A stretch of 54,914 nt of DNA from an uncultured Gammaproteobacteria bacterium. GTDB lineage: Bacteria; Patescibacteriota; Patescibacteriia; Magasanikbacterales; GWA2-37-8. Both the position numbers and the translations under genes were made by a program. Every line of letters starts with the position of its first letter. Positions within the stretch are counted from its first letter, which is position 1. The notes beneath the pieces are model-generated. The model was not told the DNA's origin. It worked only from the letters and a program-made list of their open reading frames with translations, and did not search any database. Shown here one piece after another: positions 30,022 to 39,008 of the stretch. The stretch spans positions 1 to 54,914 of the forward strand of contig CAZHFX010000001.1 in assembly GCA_964531745.1 (NCBI GenBank), read 5' to 3'.

Positions 30022-30576
30022 CTATTCCATTTTTTTAATCATCTCAGCGATAAGCTCCTTATCTTTTTTATCAGTCATTTTTTCCGATAAAATTTTTTGG
30101 AGAGCCGTTGTTATCATTTCCGCCGCTTCTTTTTTTACCGCCGCCCTCATCTCGTCGCGTTCAATGCTAAAATTGCGTTTCGCCTGATCGACTAGAAGCT
30201 CAATTTCTTGTTTCGCGTTTGTTTTCATGGCAACGCCCATTCTCTCCGCCTCTTGCGCGGCGCGTTCCGCCACCTTATTGGCTTCCACTTTCGCCTCGTC
30301 TACGCGCTGTTGGAAGTGCTGTTCGCTCTTGGCTAGATTATCCTGCACTTTTTTGCTGTTCGCGATACTGTCGTCAATCATTTTTTGGCGTTCAGCGAGC
30401 TTTTTAACGAGCGGTTTCAAAATAAGAAACCACAAAATACACGCGACTAAGGCGAAATTTATCAGCTGCGCGGTCAAAAGCGCTCCGTTGATTCCGAGCG
30501 ACGCTAAAACGCCGGCTTTGGCCGGAACGCCTTCTGTCGATCCATCGGAAGCGTAGACTGTGTCAAAAAATTGCAT
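30022..30576 (-). CDS. atpF: Fo ATP synthase b subunit
   Basis: One N-terminal TM then a long charged helix. Operon position supports the call. Confidence 0.85.
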   Translation of the reverse strand: MQFFDTVYASDGSTEGVPAKAGVLASLGINGALLTAQLINFALVACILWFLILKPLVKKLAERQKMIDDSIANSKKVQDNLAKSEQHFQQRVDEAKVEANKVAERAAQEAERMGVAMKTNAKQEIELLVDQAKRNFSIERDEMRAAVKKEAAEMITTALQKILSEKMTDKKDKELIAEMIKKME

Positions 30577-30606
30577 AATAACATTCTTTTTTAAATAAAC
30601 CGAGGA

Positions 30607-30632
30607 CAGCAGGCCACCGCAGTGACCTGCTG
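30607..30632 (-). promoter_or_regulatory. GC hairpin between atpE and atpF (possible partial terminator or mRNA stabiliser)
   Basis: CAGCAGG-12 nt-CCTGCTG, followed on the mRNA strand by UCCUCGGUUUAUUU. Confidence 0.45.
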
Positions 30633-30639
30633 AATCAAT

Positions 30640-30909
<270 letters not shown>

Positions 30910-30976
30910 TCAGGGGAAGGACGACTTCATTAAGAATAAACACCAAGCGACCAAACAAATCGCTCTCTGTCTTTTC

Positions 30977-31762
30977 TCAATGATTTTCCGATCCATGGGG
31001 AACCGCGCTCGCCACCGTCATATAGGTAAGACTAAGAATGGCGAAGACTGCCGCTTGAATAAGCCCAACCAGCAATTCAAGGAGCATAAATGGCGCCGGC
31101 AAAAGCAGGGAGAATAAACTCGCCATTACCGTCATCAGAACTTCGCCGGCAAAAACATTGCCGAATAAACGCAGGGACAGAGAAACCACTTTGGCTATTT
31201 CGCTGATAATTTCAATAAATCCAACGCCAAATTCAATCACCGCCGTAAAAATAGCAATAGGACCTCGGCGAAAACTTTTGACGATAGTGCCAAGTTGAAT
31301 GAACTTGTTGAGATGGGTAAAGATACCGACAGTCGCAAAACCAAAAAGATGTGAAGCCGCTACCGACACCAGCGCCATGGCGACAGTCAAATTTAAATCG
31401 GTATTAGCGGAACGCAACAACAGTTCGTTATGAAAGGTGATACTGCCGACACCGGGCAACAAACCCAACCAGTTAGAGAGCAAAATAAAAAAGAAAATAG
31501 AGCCGGAAACAGGCAAAAAGCGGATGGTTTGGCGCCGGTCGCCGGTAACCTGATCAAAATAGCCGAGCACCGACTCTAAAATATATTCAGAAAAATTTTG
31601 TAATTTCCCGGGACGAAGCGACAATGAACGCCGCAAAAACAACCCCATTACCAGCAACATTCCCATCGTTAGCCACACGTTTACCATCGTATTCGTTACC
31701 GGAAAACCGCCAATCTGAAAAACAGTTTCGGGAGCGAGCGGCGGGATATGAAGCGTAGACAT
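30977..31762 (-). CDS. atpB: Fo ATP synthase a subunit
   Basis: Polytopic, with the conserved Arg in LSLRLFGN. Confidence 0.9.
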   Translation of the reverse strand: MSTLHIPPLAPETVFQIGGFPVTNTMVNVWLTMGMLLVMGLFLRRSLSLRPGKLQNFSEYILESVLGYFDQVTGDRRQTIRFLPVSGSIFFFILLSNWLGLLPGVGSITFHNELLLRSANTDLNLTVAMALVSVAASHLFGFATVGIFTHLNKFIQLGTIVKSFRRGPIAIFTAVIEFGVGFIEIISEIAKVVSLSLRLFGNVFAGEVLMTVMASLFSLLLPAPFMLLELLVGLIQAAVFAILSLTYMTVASAVPHGSENH

Positions 31763-31765
31763 AAT

Positions 31766-32017
31766 TTAGCTTAATTTTTGATATTCTTGCCCGTATCTCT
31801 TGGCTTTGCGATAAATGATGAGCACTGAAATAAGCAGAGAGAGGACAAATCCGATTATCAAGAGCCACGGACCCGTCTGCCAGCGTTGATCAAGATATTT
31901 TCCCAGGAGCGACAGCGCCACGACCGGAACGGCGATGGTCGCGCCAAAATCACCGACAATTCTCAAAGCGAACAGGTAGTAGGAACGCTCATTTTTTGGC
32001 TGATTTTGTTCTGCCAT
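31766..32017 (-). CDS. AtpZ/AtpI-like small membrane protein
   Basis: Two TM segments at the head of the atp operon. Start taken at ATG 32017. Confidence 0.6.
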   Translation of the reverse strand: MAEQNQPKNERSYYLFALRIVGDFGATIAVPVVALSLLGKYLDQRWQTGPWLLIIGFVLSLLISVLIIYRKAKRYGQEYQKLS

Positions 32018-32037
32018 AGCATTCAAAAGGCGCAATT

Positions 32038-32066
32038 AGTATAAAGTGGAGAGCCTTAAAAGTCAA
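32038..32066 (-). promoter_or_regulatory. Sigma-70-type promoter TTGACT-17-TATACT of the atp operon
   Basis: Minus-strand read TTGACTTTTAAGGCTCTCCACTTTATACT, about 20 nt before the atpZ ATG. Confidence 0.6.
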
Positions 32067-32081
32067 GGGGGATAATTTTTA

Positions 32082-32930
32082 TTATAAAATTTTGGCAAAC
32101 AGGCGCTTAGCGTTGGCTGTGGTGGCCGCCAAAACTCCTTCCAGCGTCATTCCGCGCAGTTCCGCGATCTTGCTCGCTGTAGCTTCCACCATCCACGGTT
32201 CTCCCCGTTTTCCCCGATACGGAACGGGCGACAAATACGGGCAATCGGTTTCAAGCAATATCCGATCTTCCGGCATTTTTCGCACTACTTCCAGCAAATC
32301 CTCCTGCGCCTTTGGATTCTTTTTTTGCGGTGGAAACGTAATCACACCGGTAAACCCGATATAAAAACCCATGGCCAAATACTGTTCGGCATTCTGCCAG
32401 TTGCTGGTGTAGCAATGGATTGTCCCACGAACCGGCTTGTCACCCTGAACCTGTTTCAGGATCTCTGTCAAAAACTGGTGCGCTTCACGGCAATGTATTA
32501 CCATTGGCAGGTTCAACTCTTGCGCCAAACGGATATGCTGTAAAAAAACTTCCTTTTGTTTGGGCAACATTTGTTCGGCCGTCATCCCTTCCGGAATTCT
32601 ATACAAATCCAGCCCGCACTCCCCTATTCCAATAACCTTCGGGCGTAGGGCTAATTTTTTATAATATTCGTAATCAAAATTTTCTTCGCGCGACTGAAAA
32701 GAGGATTCTTCTTCATCCACACGCTTGGAAAATAAATGCTCGGGGTGAAGTCCTGCGCTAGCATAAACGCCATCATATTTTTCGGCCACCTCCACCGCTT
32801 TACGGCTGGTGTCGCTCTGTGTTCCCACTAAATTTAAAATTGTCCCTTTGTCTAAACTGCGCTTAATCACCTCATCCATGTCATCTTGGTAAGCATTAAA
32901 ATGCGCGTGCGCGTGCGTGTCAATCATCAT
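32082..32930 (-). CDS. tatD: TatD-family metal-dependent hydrolase/DNase
   Basis: IDTHAH, HCREA and ETDCPYL motifs. Confidence 0.85.
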   Translation of the reverse strand: MMIDTHAHAHFNAYQDDMDEVIKRSLDKGTILNLVGTQSDTSRKAVEVAEKYDGVYASAGLHPEHLFSKRVDEEESSFQSREENFDYEYYKKLALRPKVIGIGECGLDLYRIPEGMTAEQMLPKQKEVFLQHIRLAQELNLPMVIHCREAHQFLTEILKQVQGDKPVRGTIHCYTSNWQNAEQYLAMGFYIGFTGVITFPPQKKNPKAQEDLLEVVRKMPEDRILLETDCPYLSPVPYRGKRGEPWMVEATASKIAELRGMTLEGVLAATTANAKRLFAKIL

Positions 32931-32936
32931 ATGGAC

Positions 32937-33464
32937 TTAACGAATAAGATTCTGCAAAGCGTTCTGCAAAGCTCTAATCGCTTCCGGCACCAGCGGCCAC
33001 AACAGCGACGCGATGCTGACGCAAAAGGCGGCAATGCGCGAAGCGCTCGCTTGGGCCATAAAATCCGGGCTCAACGGAAAGCGGCTGACGAAGTAAAAGG
33101 CAATGCCAAGCGCCACTACCCCTTCAAAAAAGCCAAAAATTCCGCCCAGCAGGTGATTCAAACTGTTGATGAACGGCAGATGCGTGATAATGGAAAAACT
33201 TTTATCAATAATATAAAAAATAAAACCAATCAGACGATTGATAATTAAATACAAAATTATAAAAACCAAAACATTGGAAAAGTTGGCATTCCAGCCGGTC
33301 GTATTGATAAGCCAGGCAGCTGGCAAGGCATACCAACGGCTGGCGAGAAACACCCCGAATACTGTACCGACGAGCGACCCGAGCGTCGCCACAATGCCAA
33401 ACCACAAACCAAACAGCACAAAACCGCCGATAACGCAGGCAAGAATGAGATCAAAGAATGACAT
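32937..33464 (-). CDS. cvpA: CvpA-family membrane protein
   Basis: MSFFDLILACVIGGFVLFGLWFG... 4-TM layout of the CvpA family. Confidence 0.7.
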   Translation of the reverse strand: MSFFDLILACVIGGFVLFGLWFGIVATLGSLVGTVFGVFLASRWYALPAAWLINTTGWNANFSNVLVFIILYLIINRLIGFIFYIIDKSFSIITHLPFINSLNHLLGGIFGFFEGVVALGIAFYFVSRFPLSPDFMAQASASRIAAFCVSIASLLWPLVPEAIRALQNALQNLIR

Positions 33465-33486
33465 AGCAAAATGTTAAATGAAAATG

Positions 33487-35025
33487 CTAAATGCGAGGGA
33501 ACAATGCTTCCCCTTTGTTAATTTTATTGCCTACCGTTAAATCTACCCACTGTTGCAACTCTGACAGCGGCTTGGCCAGCTCTTTTCCTGCCTCTAGGCC
33601 GAGCTGAACAAAAAGTTTCTCGGCTGTCTCGGGCATAACTGGCCAGATCATTACCGCGATATGACGCAACGCCTCCGCTAAATGATAAAGCAGATCGCGC
33701 ACCTCCTCTGTTTTGCCGGCTTTAGCAAGCGACCATGGCTGTTTGTCGGAAATTATCTGGTCGCAGGACGCGCTGAATTTCCAAACAGCGGCTAGTGCAT
33801 GGTCAAACCGCCAGCTATTCATCCCAGCCTCATATCCCGGCCAAACATCTTTAGTCAGAAAATCAATCAAACCGCTGTCCGCTGTCCGCACTTCTGGAAT
33901 TTTGCCGTCGCTGTATTTCTCCACCATTGTTAGAATACGATTAGTCAGATTGCCAATGCCATTAGCCAAATCGCCATTATACCGCTCAATAAATTGTTTT
34001 TCGGAAAAATTGCCGTCGCTTTCAAAAGGAATTTCCCGCGCGAAAAAATAACGCACAGCGTCTAGAGGAAATTTCTTAATTATCTCTAAAGGATTAATAA
34101 CATTCCCCAACGATTTGCTCATTTTCTGGCCATCCACATAAATAAACCCGTGTACCGCGATTTGCTTGGGCGGTTCTAGGCCGGCCGCCATAAGCATGGC
34201 TGGCCAAAGTAAGGAATGAAAACGGTTGATGTCTTTGCCGACGATATGCACTCCCGGCCAAAACTTTTTGAAGAGCTTGTTTTCTGTTGAGCCATACCCC
34301 AACGCGGTAATATAATTTGTGAGCGCGTCAAACCAGACATACATCACCTGGCTGTCGTCGCCCGGCACCGGAATGCCCCACGATAATTTCTCTTTAGAAC
34401 GCGAAATGCTGATATCAGCAAGACCGCCTTTAAGAAGATTGTACATCTCTTTGTGGCGGCTTTCCGGAAAAACAAAATCCGGCCGGCTCTCAAATAAAAA
34501 CTCCAACGGCTCCTGATAGCGGGAAAGCCTAAAAAAATAATTTTCTTCTTCCAGCGCGATGATCGTTGAAGGCGAGTTCGGATGGTCGGGACAAACACCG
34601 TTGATGAGATCTTTTTCGGTTTTATAAGATTCGCACCCCACGCAATAAAGCCCTTTGTATTTTTTCTTATAAATATCGCCATTTTTAAAAACGGCTTCCC
34701 AAAATTTCTTGGCTCGCTCTTCGTGCCGCGGCTCGGTAGTGCGGATAAAATCCGTATTCGTGATATTCCACTGGTCGGCTAAATTTTGAAATTCCGCCGA
34801 GCGTTCGGAAGCAAAACTTTCCACTGTCTGGCCAGCTTCCTTGGCGGTTTTAAACATTTTTTGTCCGTGTTCATCGGTGCCGGTCAAAAAATAAACTTCG
34901 TTTCCCAATAAACACTGGTAGCGCGCCGCCACATCGGCGTAGAGAATTTCCAAAGCAAACCCGATATGCGGGCTGGCGTTGGCGTACGGAATGGCGGTGG
35001 TGAGATAGAAAGGATTGTTTTTCAC
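33487..35025 (-). CDS. metG: Methionyl-tRNA synthetase
   Basis: ANASPHIGF (HIGH-type) and an exact KMSKS. The start overlaps the rsmI stop. Confidence 0.9.
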   Translation of the reverse strand: MKNNPFYLTTAIPYANASPHIGFALEILYADVAARYQCLLGNEVYFLTGTDEHGQKMFKTAKEAGQTVESFASERSAEFQNLADQWNITNTDFIRTTEPRHEERAKKFWEAVFKNGDIYKKKYKGLYCVGCESYKTEKDLINGVCPDHPNSPSTIIALEEENYFFRLSRYQEPLEFLFESRPDFVFPESRHKEMYNLLKGGLADISISRSKEKLSWGIPVPGDDSQVMYVWFDALTNYITALGYGSTENKLFKKFWPGVHIVGKDINRFHSLLWPAMLMAAGLEPPKQIAVHGFIYVDGQKMSKSLGNVINPLEIIKKFPLDAVRYFFAREIPFESDGNFSEKQFIERYNGDLANGIGNLTNRILTMVEKYSDGKIPEVRTADSGLIDFLTKDVWPGYEAGMNSWRFDHALAAVWKFSASCDQIISDKQPWSLAKAGKTEEVRDLLYHLAEALRHIAVMIWPVMPETAEKLFVQLGLEAGKELAKPLSELQQWVDLTVGNKINKGEALFPRI

Positions 35026-35696
35026 AAAGTATTAATCACAATGACAAATTCTCCTCTCTCGTCCATTTTTAACTGATCAAGTTTACCGACAATCGTGCGA
35101 TAGATGGTTTCAAATTTTTTAGTCAGTTCTCGGCAAATAACCAGCTCTCTCTCCGGCGGCAACACTCCCCGCAGTTCATCCAGACATTTTTGTATGCGGT
35201 GGCCCGATTCGTAGAAAACGATTGTATTCTCCAACAGGGCTAACTCTTTAAAATATTTTTGCCGTTTATTTTTGTGCGGAGGAAAACCCAGGAAAGTAAA
35301 ACGATCAACGGGAAAACCCGAAATAGAAAGCGCGGCAATAACAGCAGATGGACCGGGAATTGGAATAAATGTTAAATGTTCAATGCTAAATGTCAAATGA
35401 TGAATAAGCTGATTTCCCGGATCGCTTATCCCCGGCGTGCCGGCATCGGTCACCAACGCGATATTTTTACCATCCGCCAGCAATTGTTCAATTTCTTTTA
35501 CTCGCCTAGCATCACTATGCTGGTGATAACTCAAAGTCGGGGTTTTAATTTCGTACCGATCCAACAAATTTTTGGTCACGCGCGTGTCTTCGCACAAAAC
35601 TAAATCAACGCTTTTCAGCGTCTCAACTGCTCGAAAAGTTATATCGGCCAAATTGCCGATGGGCGTGGCGACAATAAAAAGTTCTCCGGTCGGCAT
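35022..35696 (-). CDS. rsmI: 16S rRNA C1402 2'-O-methyltransferase RsmI
   Basis: GELFIVATPIGNLADIT, CEDTR and DAGTPGISDPG. Confidence 0.85.
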   Translation of the reverse strand: MPTGELFIVATPIGNLADITFRAVETLKSVDLVLCEDTRVTKNLLDRYEIKTPTLSYHQHSDARRVKEIEQLLADGKNIALVTDAGTPGISDPGNQLIHHLTFSIEHLTFIPIPGPSAVIAALSISGFPVDRFTFLGFPPHKNKRQKYFKELALLENTIVFYESGHRIQKCLDELRGVLPPERELVICRELTKKFETIYRTIVGKLDQLKMDERGEFVIVINTL

Positions 35697-35736
35697 ACTC
35701 TAGCATTATTTTAGCAAAAATAAAGCGCAAAAGCAA

Positions 35737-36951
35737 CTATTTGGATAATTTAACTGCCAGCTTCAGCGCCTTTTGTAAAGATTGAATGGTGTAATCAATA
35801 TCTAGCTTGGTCGTGCCTTTACCTAAAGTAAACCTTACGCTGGAAAATATTTCTGCTTGGGTTTTTCCAATCGCCTTCAACACCTGCGACGGTTCGCGCG
35901 ACTCTGCCGTGCAAGCCGAACCAGTGGAGCACATAACTCCGTAGCTATCCAAATAAATTACCAGCGCCTCGCCATCAACGCCGGGAAAAACAACATTGAG
36001 GTTGTTAGGCAGCCGCCTCTCCCCTATTTCTGGGCCATTGAGTTGAAGATTGGGAACTAATTTTCGTAATTTTACAAAAAAATACTGGGTGAGCTGGCGC
36101 TGTCTGTCGAGCGGCGAAACCCCGCCCCTTCCCCTAATAGAAAAGGGGGGAATTAACAAGTGAACCAATTCCAGCGCCTTTGCCAGCCCAACAATCCCGG
36201 GCACATTTTCCGTGCCGGCGCGCCGGTGGCGTTCTTGACTGCCGCCAAACATAATTGGCTCCAAATCAACACCGTGGCGCGCGTATAAAAAACCGGCGCC
36301 TTTTGGCCCGTATATTTTACTGCCATTTACGCTCATCAGATCTACATGCAATTTTTCCACGTCCAAATCAAGGCGCCCGGCCGCCTGGCAGGCATCGCTA
36401 TGAAAAAATGGGTAAGCACTCCCTTTTTCTTTGCGATAATGACTAATCTGCCGGCCAATTTCGGCAATCGGCTGAATGGCGCCGATTTCATTGTTGGCGT
36501 ACATGATTGAAATAAGTGTTGTATCCGGACGAATAGTTTTAACAACATCTTCAGTTTTAATAAAACCATTTTTGTCTACCGGCAAAATTGTAATTTTCCA
36601 ACCTTCTTTTTTCAGCTGTACTAATGGCTCTAAAACCGAATGATGCTCGGCCGCGACAGTAATAATGTGTTTACCGTGTTTGACATGAGCGCGCGCCACT
36701 CCCAAAATGGCGAGGTTGTTTGACTCGGTGCCGCCGCTGGTAAAAATAATATTACCCGGCCGGGCGCGCAATATCTCCGCGATCGTCCGCCGGCTGTCGT
36801 CCAAAGCGCTGTTGCTTATTTGCGCCTCGCTATAAAGCGCCGACGGATTGCCGCAATGTTCGTAAAAATAAGGCCACATAGCCTCAAACACCCGCTGATC
36901 AACAGGCGTCGCGGCGGCATTGTCAAGATATACTGAACGGCAGCGGGTCAT
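35737..36951 (-). CDS. Cysteine desulfurase (NifS/IscS-like, class V aminotransferase)
   Basis: GGTESNN, a PLP-Lys in SVNGSKIYGPKG and the active Cys in GSACTAES. It carries an extra G/R-rich segment, LLIPPFSIRGRGGVSPL. Confidence 0.85.
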   Translation of the reverse strand: MTRCRSVYLDNAAATPVDQRVFEAMWPYFYEHCGNPSALYSEAQISNSALDDSRRTIAEILRARPGNIIFTSGGTESNNLAILGVARAHVKHGKHIITVAAEHHSVLEPLVQLKKEGWKITILPVDKNGFIKTEDVVKTIRPDTTLISIMYANNEIGAIQPIAEIGRQISHYRKEKGSAYPFFHSDACQAAGRLDLDVEKLHVDLMSVNGSKIYGPKGAGFLYARHGVDLEPIMFGGSQERHRRAGTENVPGIVGLAKALELVHLLIPPFSIRGRGGVSPLDRQRQLTQYFFVKLRKLVPNLQLNGPEIGERRLPNNLNVVFPGVDGEALVIYLDSYGVMCSTGSACTAESREPSQVLKAIGKTQAEIFSSVRFTLGKGTTKLDIDYTIQSLQKALKLAVKLSK

Positions 36952-37539
36952 TTAGAATGGCAATGTTAGATTGATATTTCTGTTTGCCGACGCCGAAGCG
37001 GCGGCCGGAAAACTAAAATCAACCCGAAAGGGCAAGATTTTTCCGGTCAATGATTTATAAAATAACTGTTTATTTTTTCGTCCGAAATCGTACACCTCTT
37101 TGGTTACCCGCACGTCTTGCTCGCAATATTTTTTAATCTCGTCAATTTTTCCCTCATTCCACCAACGAATGGCCTGCAGACCTTCGGCGCTCTTTTCAAT
37201 ATTATCCAGCGTGGCCTGGGCAATGTCATTCAGCTTCAAGCGAAAACCAAGATTCTTTTTTACTTCAGTCATCAAATCAAGATGCGTCAATTTGGATAAA
37301 TCACCTAAATAATAATTATTCATAATCGGTAAATCAAAATGCTCGCTGTTGTAGCCGATAATCCGATCCGCCTTTTCCAGAATCGGCCACAATTTCCCCA
37401 GTTCATGTTCTTCAAAACTTTGGTAGTCGCCGGTTTCGTAACGATAAATGGAAACGCAGGAAATTTTCAGTTTGCTGAAATCGTTATTCACGTCGGCAAA
37501 CGTATTTTGCGTTTCAATATCAAAAATAATTTCGTTCAT
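36952..37539 (-). CDS. DEDDy 3'-5' exonuclease domain protein (PolB-exo/YprB-like)
   Basis: Exo I FDIET, Exo II GYNSEHFDLPIM, Exo III YCEQDVRV. The start is probably ATG 37539, because the track start 37554 lies inside the palindrome. Confidence 0.7.
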   Translation of the reverse strand: MNEIIFDIETQNTFADVNNDFSKLKISCVSIYRYETGDYQSFEEHELGKLWPILEKADRIIGYNSEHFDLPIMNNYYLGDLSKLTHLDLMTEVKKNLGFRLKLNDIAQATLDNIEKSAEGLQAIRWWNEGKIDEIKKYCEQDVRVTKEVYDFGRKNKQLFYKSLTGKILPFRVDFSFPAAASASANRNINLTLPF

Positions 37540-37548
37540 ATTTTTTAC

Positions 37549-37627
37549 TGTCATCCTGAACGAATGTGAAGGATCTCTGTCTTAATTGGCGAACGGACAG
37601 AGATTCTTCGTTTCACTCAGAATGACA
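37549..37627. repeat. 79-nt imperfect palindrome (two ~32-nt arms, 14-nt spacer)
   Basis: The left arm is TGTCATCCTGAACGAATGTGAAGGATCTCTGTC. The reverse complement of the right arm is TGTCATTCTGAGTGAAACGAAGAATCTCTGTC. Confidence 0.8.
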
Positions 37628-37636
37628 ATTAGTTAT

Positions 37637-38485
37637 TTAAACCATTATTACCGGAAAAACGACAGTGCCCAGCTCCGCGCGCAATTTAATTAAATCCATT
37701 TTATTCTCCAACTCGCCGCGCAGACGATCAACGATCATTTTATCAGGATTTTTGAATAAAAACAAGGGGTTTTTATGGCATAAAAATTTTCCGTTATAAA
37801 TAAGGTAATTTGCCAAAGAAAAACGCCAATGGCGCCGACCAGATAAAAAAATCCCTTCGGCCAACGCGAGCAGTTGCCGCGACATTTGATCTAGTTCCAA
37901 AAAAGATAACACCGCGCCATTTTTTTTGGCTGTAAGCATGGCCTTTACCGGGTTCCAAGAGATGCCCGCTAAAGATAATTGCTCAAAAAGAAACGATGCC
38001 GCGAAACCCTTGCGACAAGGTAAAGCTTCTGCCAAAAGCGTCTTGGCGACAGCCAAGTGCTGGGCCATTTTGGCCAGCGTAAATTGTTTCTCCGCCGGCC
38101 TTTTGGCCGTTAGATATAAAACATAGTTCCAGTAAGCCAATTTAACGGCGCTCCGAAAAACAATTTTTGTATTCAACGGCGACTGCCAGACCGCGCCGCC
38201 AACAGTTTCTCCGGCGGTAAAATACCAGCCCCGTTCATAAAAAAAACGCGGCATGACCAGGCAATTAATGGCCGTGCCGCGATATTGCTGTTTTAATTGT
38301 TTTACCGCCGGAAGATATTTTTTGTAGACAAAGAAATGCCGCCAGCCACGTAGAATGTAAAAATCTAAATCGCTGTTCTTTCCCGCCTCCCCGGTCCAAT
38401 AGCTGCCTCCTAAAAGAACGATGCTATCGGAATAAATAGTTTGCAGAGCCTGATGAATTGCTTTTACGGCTGGCGTCGGCAACAT
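37637..38485 (-). CDS. Uncharacterised Pol-beta-superfamily nucleotidyltransferase with helical C-domain
   Basis: GGS-x10-DLD motif (LLGGSYWTGEAGKNSDLDFYIL). The remaining ~200 aa are predicted helical. The architecture is reminiscent of KNTase/ANT(4'). Confidence 0.55.
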   Translation of the reverse strand: MLPTPAVKAIHQALQTIYSDSIVLLGGSYWTGEAGKNSDLDFYILRGWRHFFVYKKYLPAVKQLKQQYRGTAINCLVMPRFFYERGWYFTAGETVGGAVWQSPLNTKIVFRSAVKLAYWNYVLYLTAKRPAEKQFTLAKMAQHLAVAKTLLAEALPCRKGFAASFLFEQLSLAGISWNPVKAMLTAKKNGAVLSFLELDQMSRQLLALAEGIFLSGRRHWRFSLANYLIYNGKFLCHKNPLFLFKNPDKMIVDRLRGELENKMDLIKLRAELGTVVFPVIMV

Positions 38486-38509
38486 ACTGCCAGTTAGTTA
38501 GGGGCTGGA

Positions 38510-39001
38510 TTATAGGGTTTTATTTGGCATTTGCAAGCGGCGCTGTTTGGAAAATCGTTCGGCATAATACACCGCCACCATGGCAACACTCGCGGCGGCT
38601 AAACTGCCCAATATGTCCACGGGATGGTGCACCAGCGCCGCCACCCGGCCGACGCCGACAAGAATAGCGAGAATAAACAAAACCGCCCCCCACTTTTTAT
38701 TGAAACTGAATACCAGCGCGGCCGACGCCGCGCTAAGCAGAGTATGGTCGGAAGGAAAACCATTGTCGGCTATATGCGCCACGAACGGGGTTACATTGAG
38801 AAGCACGAATGGCCGCGGATTGTAATACAGCGCACCCATTATTCTTGAGATAATAAAAATAATTGGAAAAGAAATGGCGGCGCGCCAGATAATTTCCTTC
38901 TTCAGCGCTTTCGTTTGCCGCCACCAAAAAAAAACAACAAGAAGCGCTATAATGACGATGAGATAGTCGGCCGCGAAGACAATAACCTCGTTTCGGAACA
39001 T
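38510..39001 (-). CDS. PAP2-family phosphatase (possible undecaprenyl-diphosphatase)
   Basis: PAP2 motifs YYNPRPF, FPSDHT and VHHPVDIL in a polytopic membrane protein. Confidence 0.75.
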   Translation of the reverse strand: MFRNEVIVFAADYLIVIIALLVVFFWWRQTKALKKEIIWRAAISFPIIFIISRIMGALYYNPRPFVLLNVTPFVAHIADNGFPSDHTLLSAASAALVFSFNKKWGAVLFILAILVGVGRVAALVHHPVDILGSLAAASVAMVAVYYAERFSKQRRLQMPNKTL

Positions 39002-39008
39002 AGAAAAA

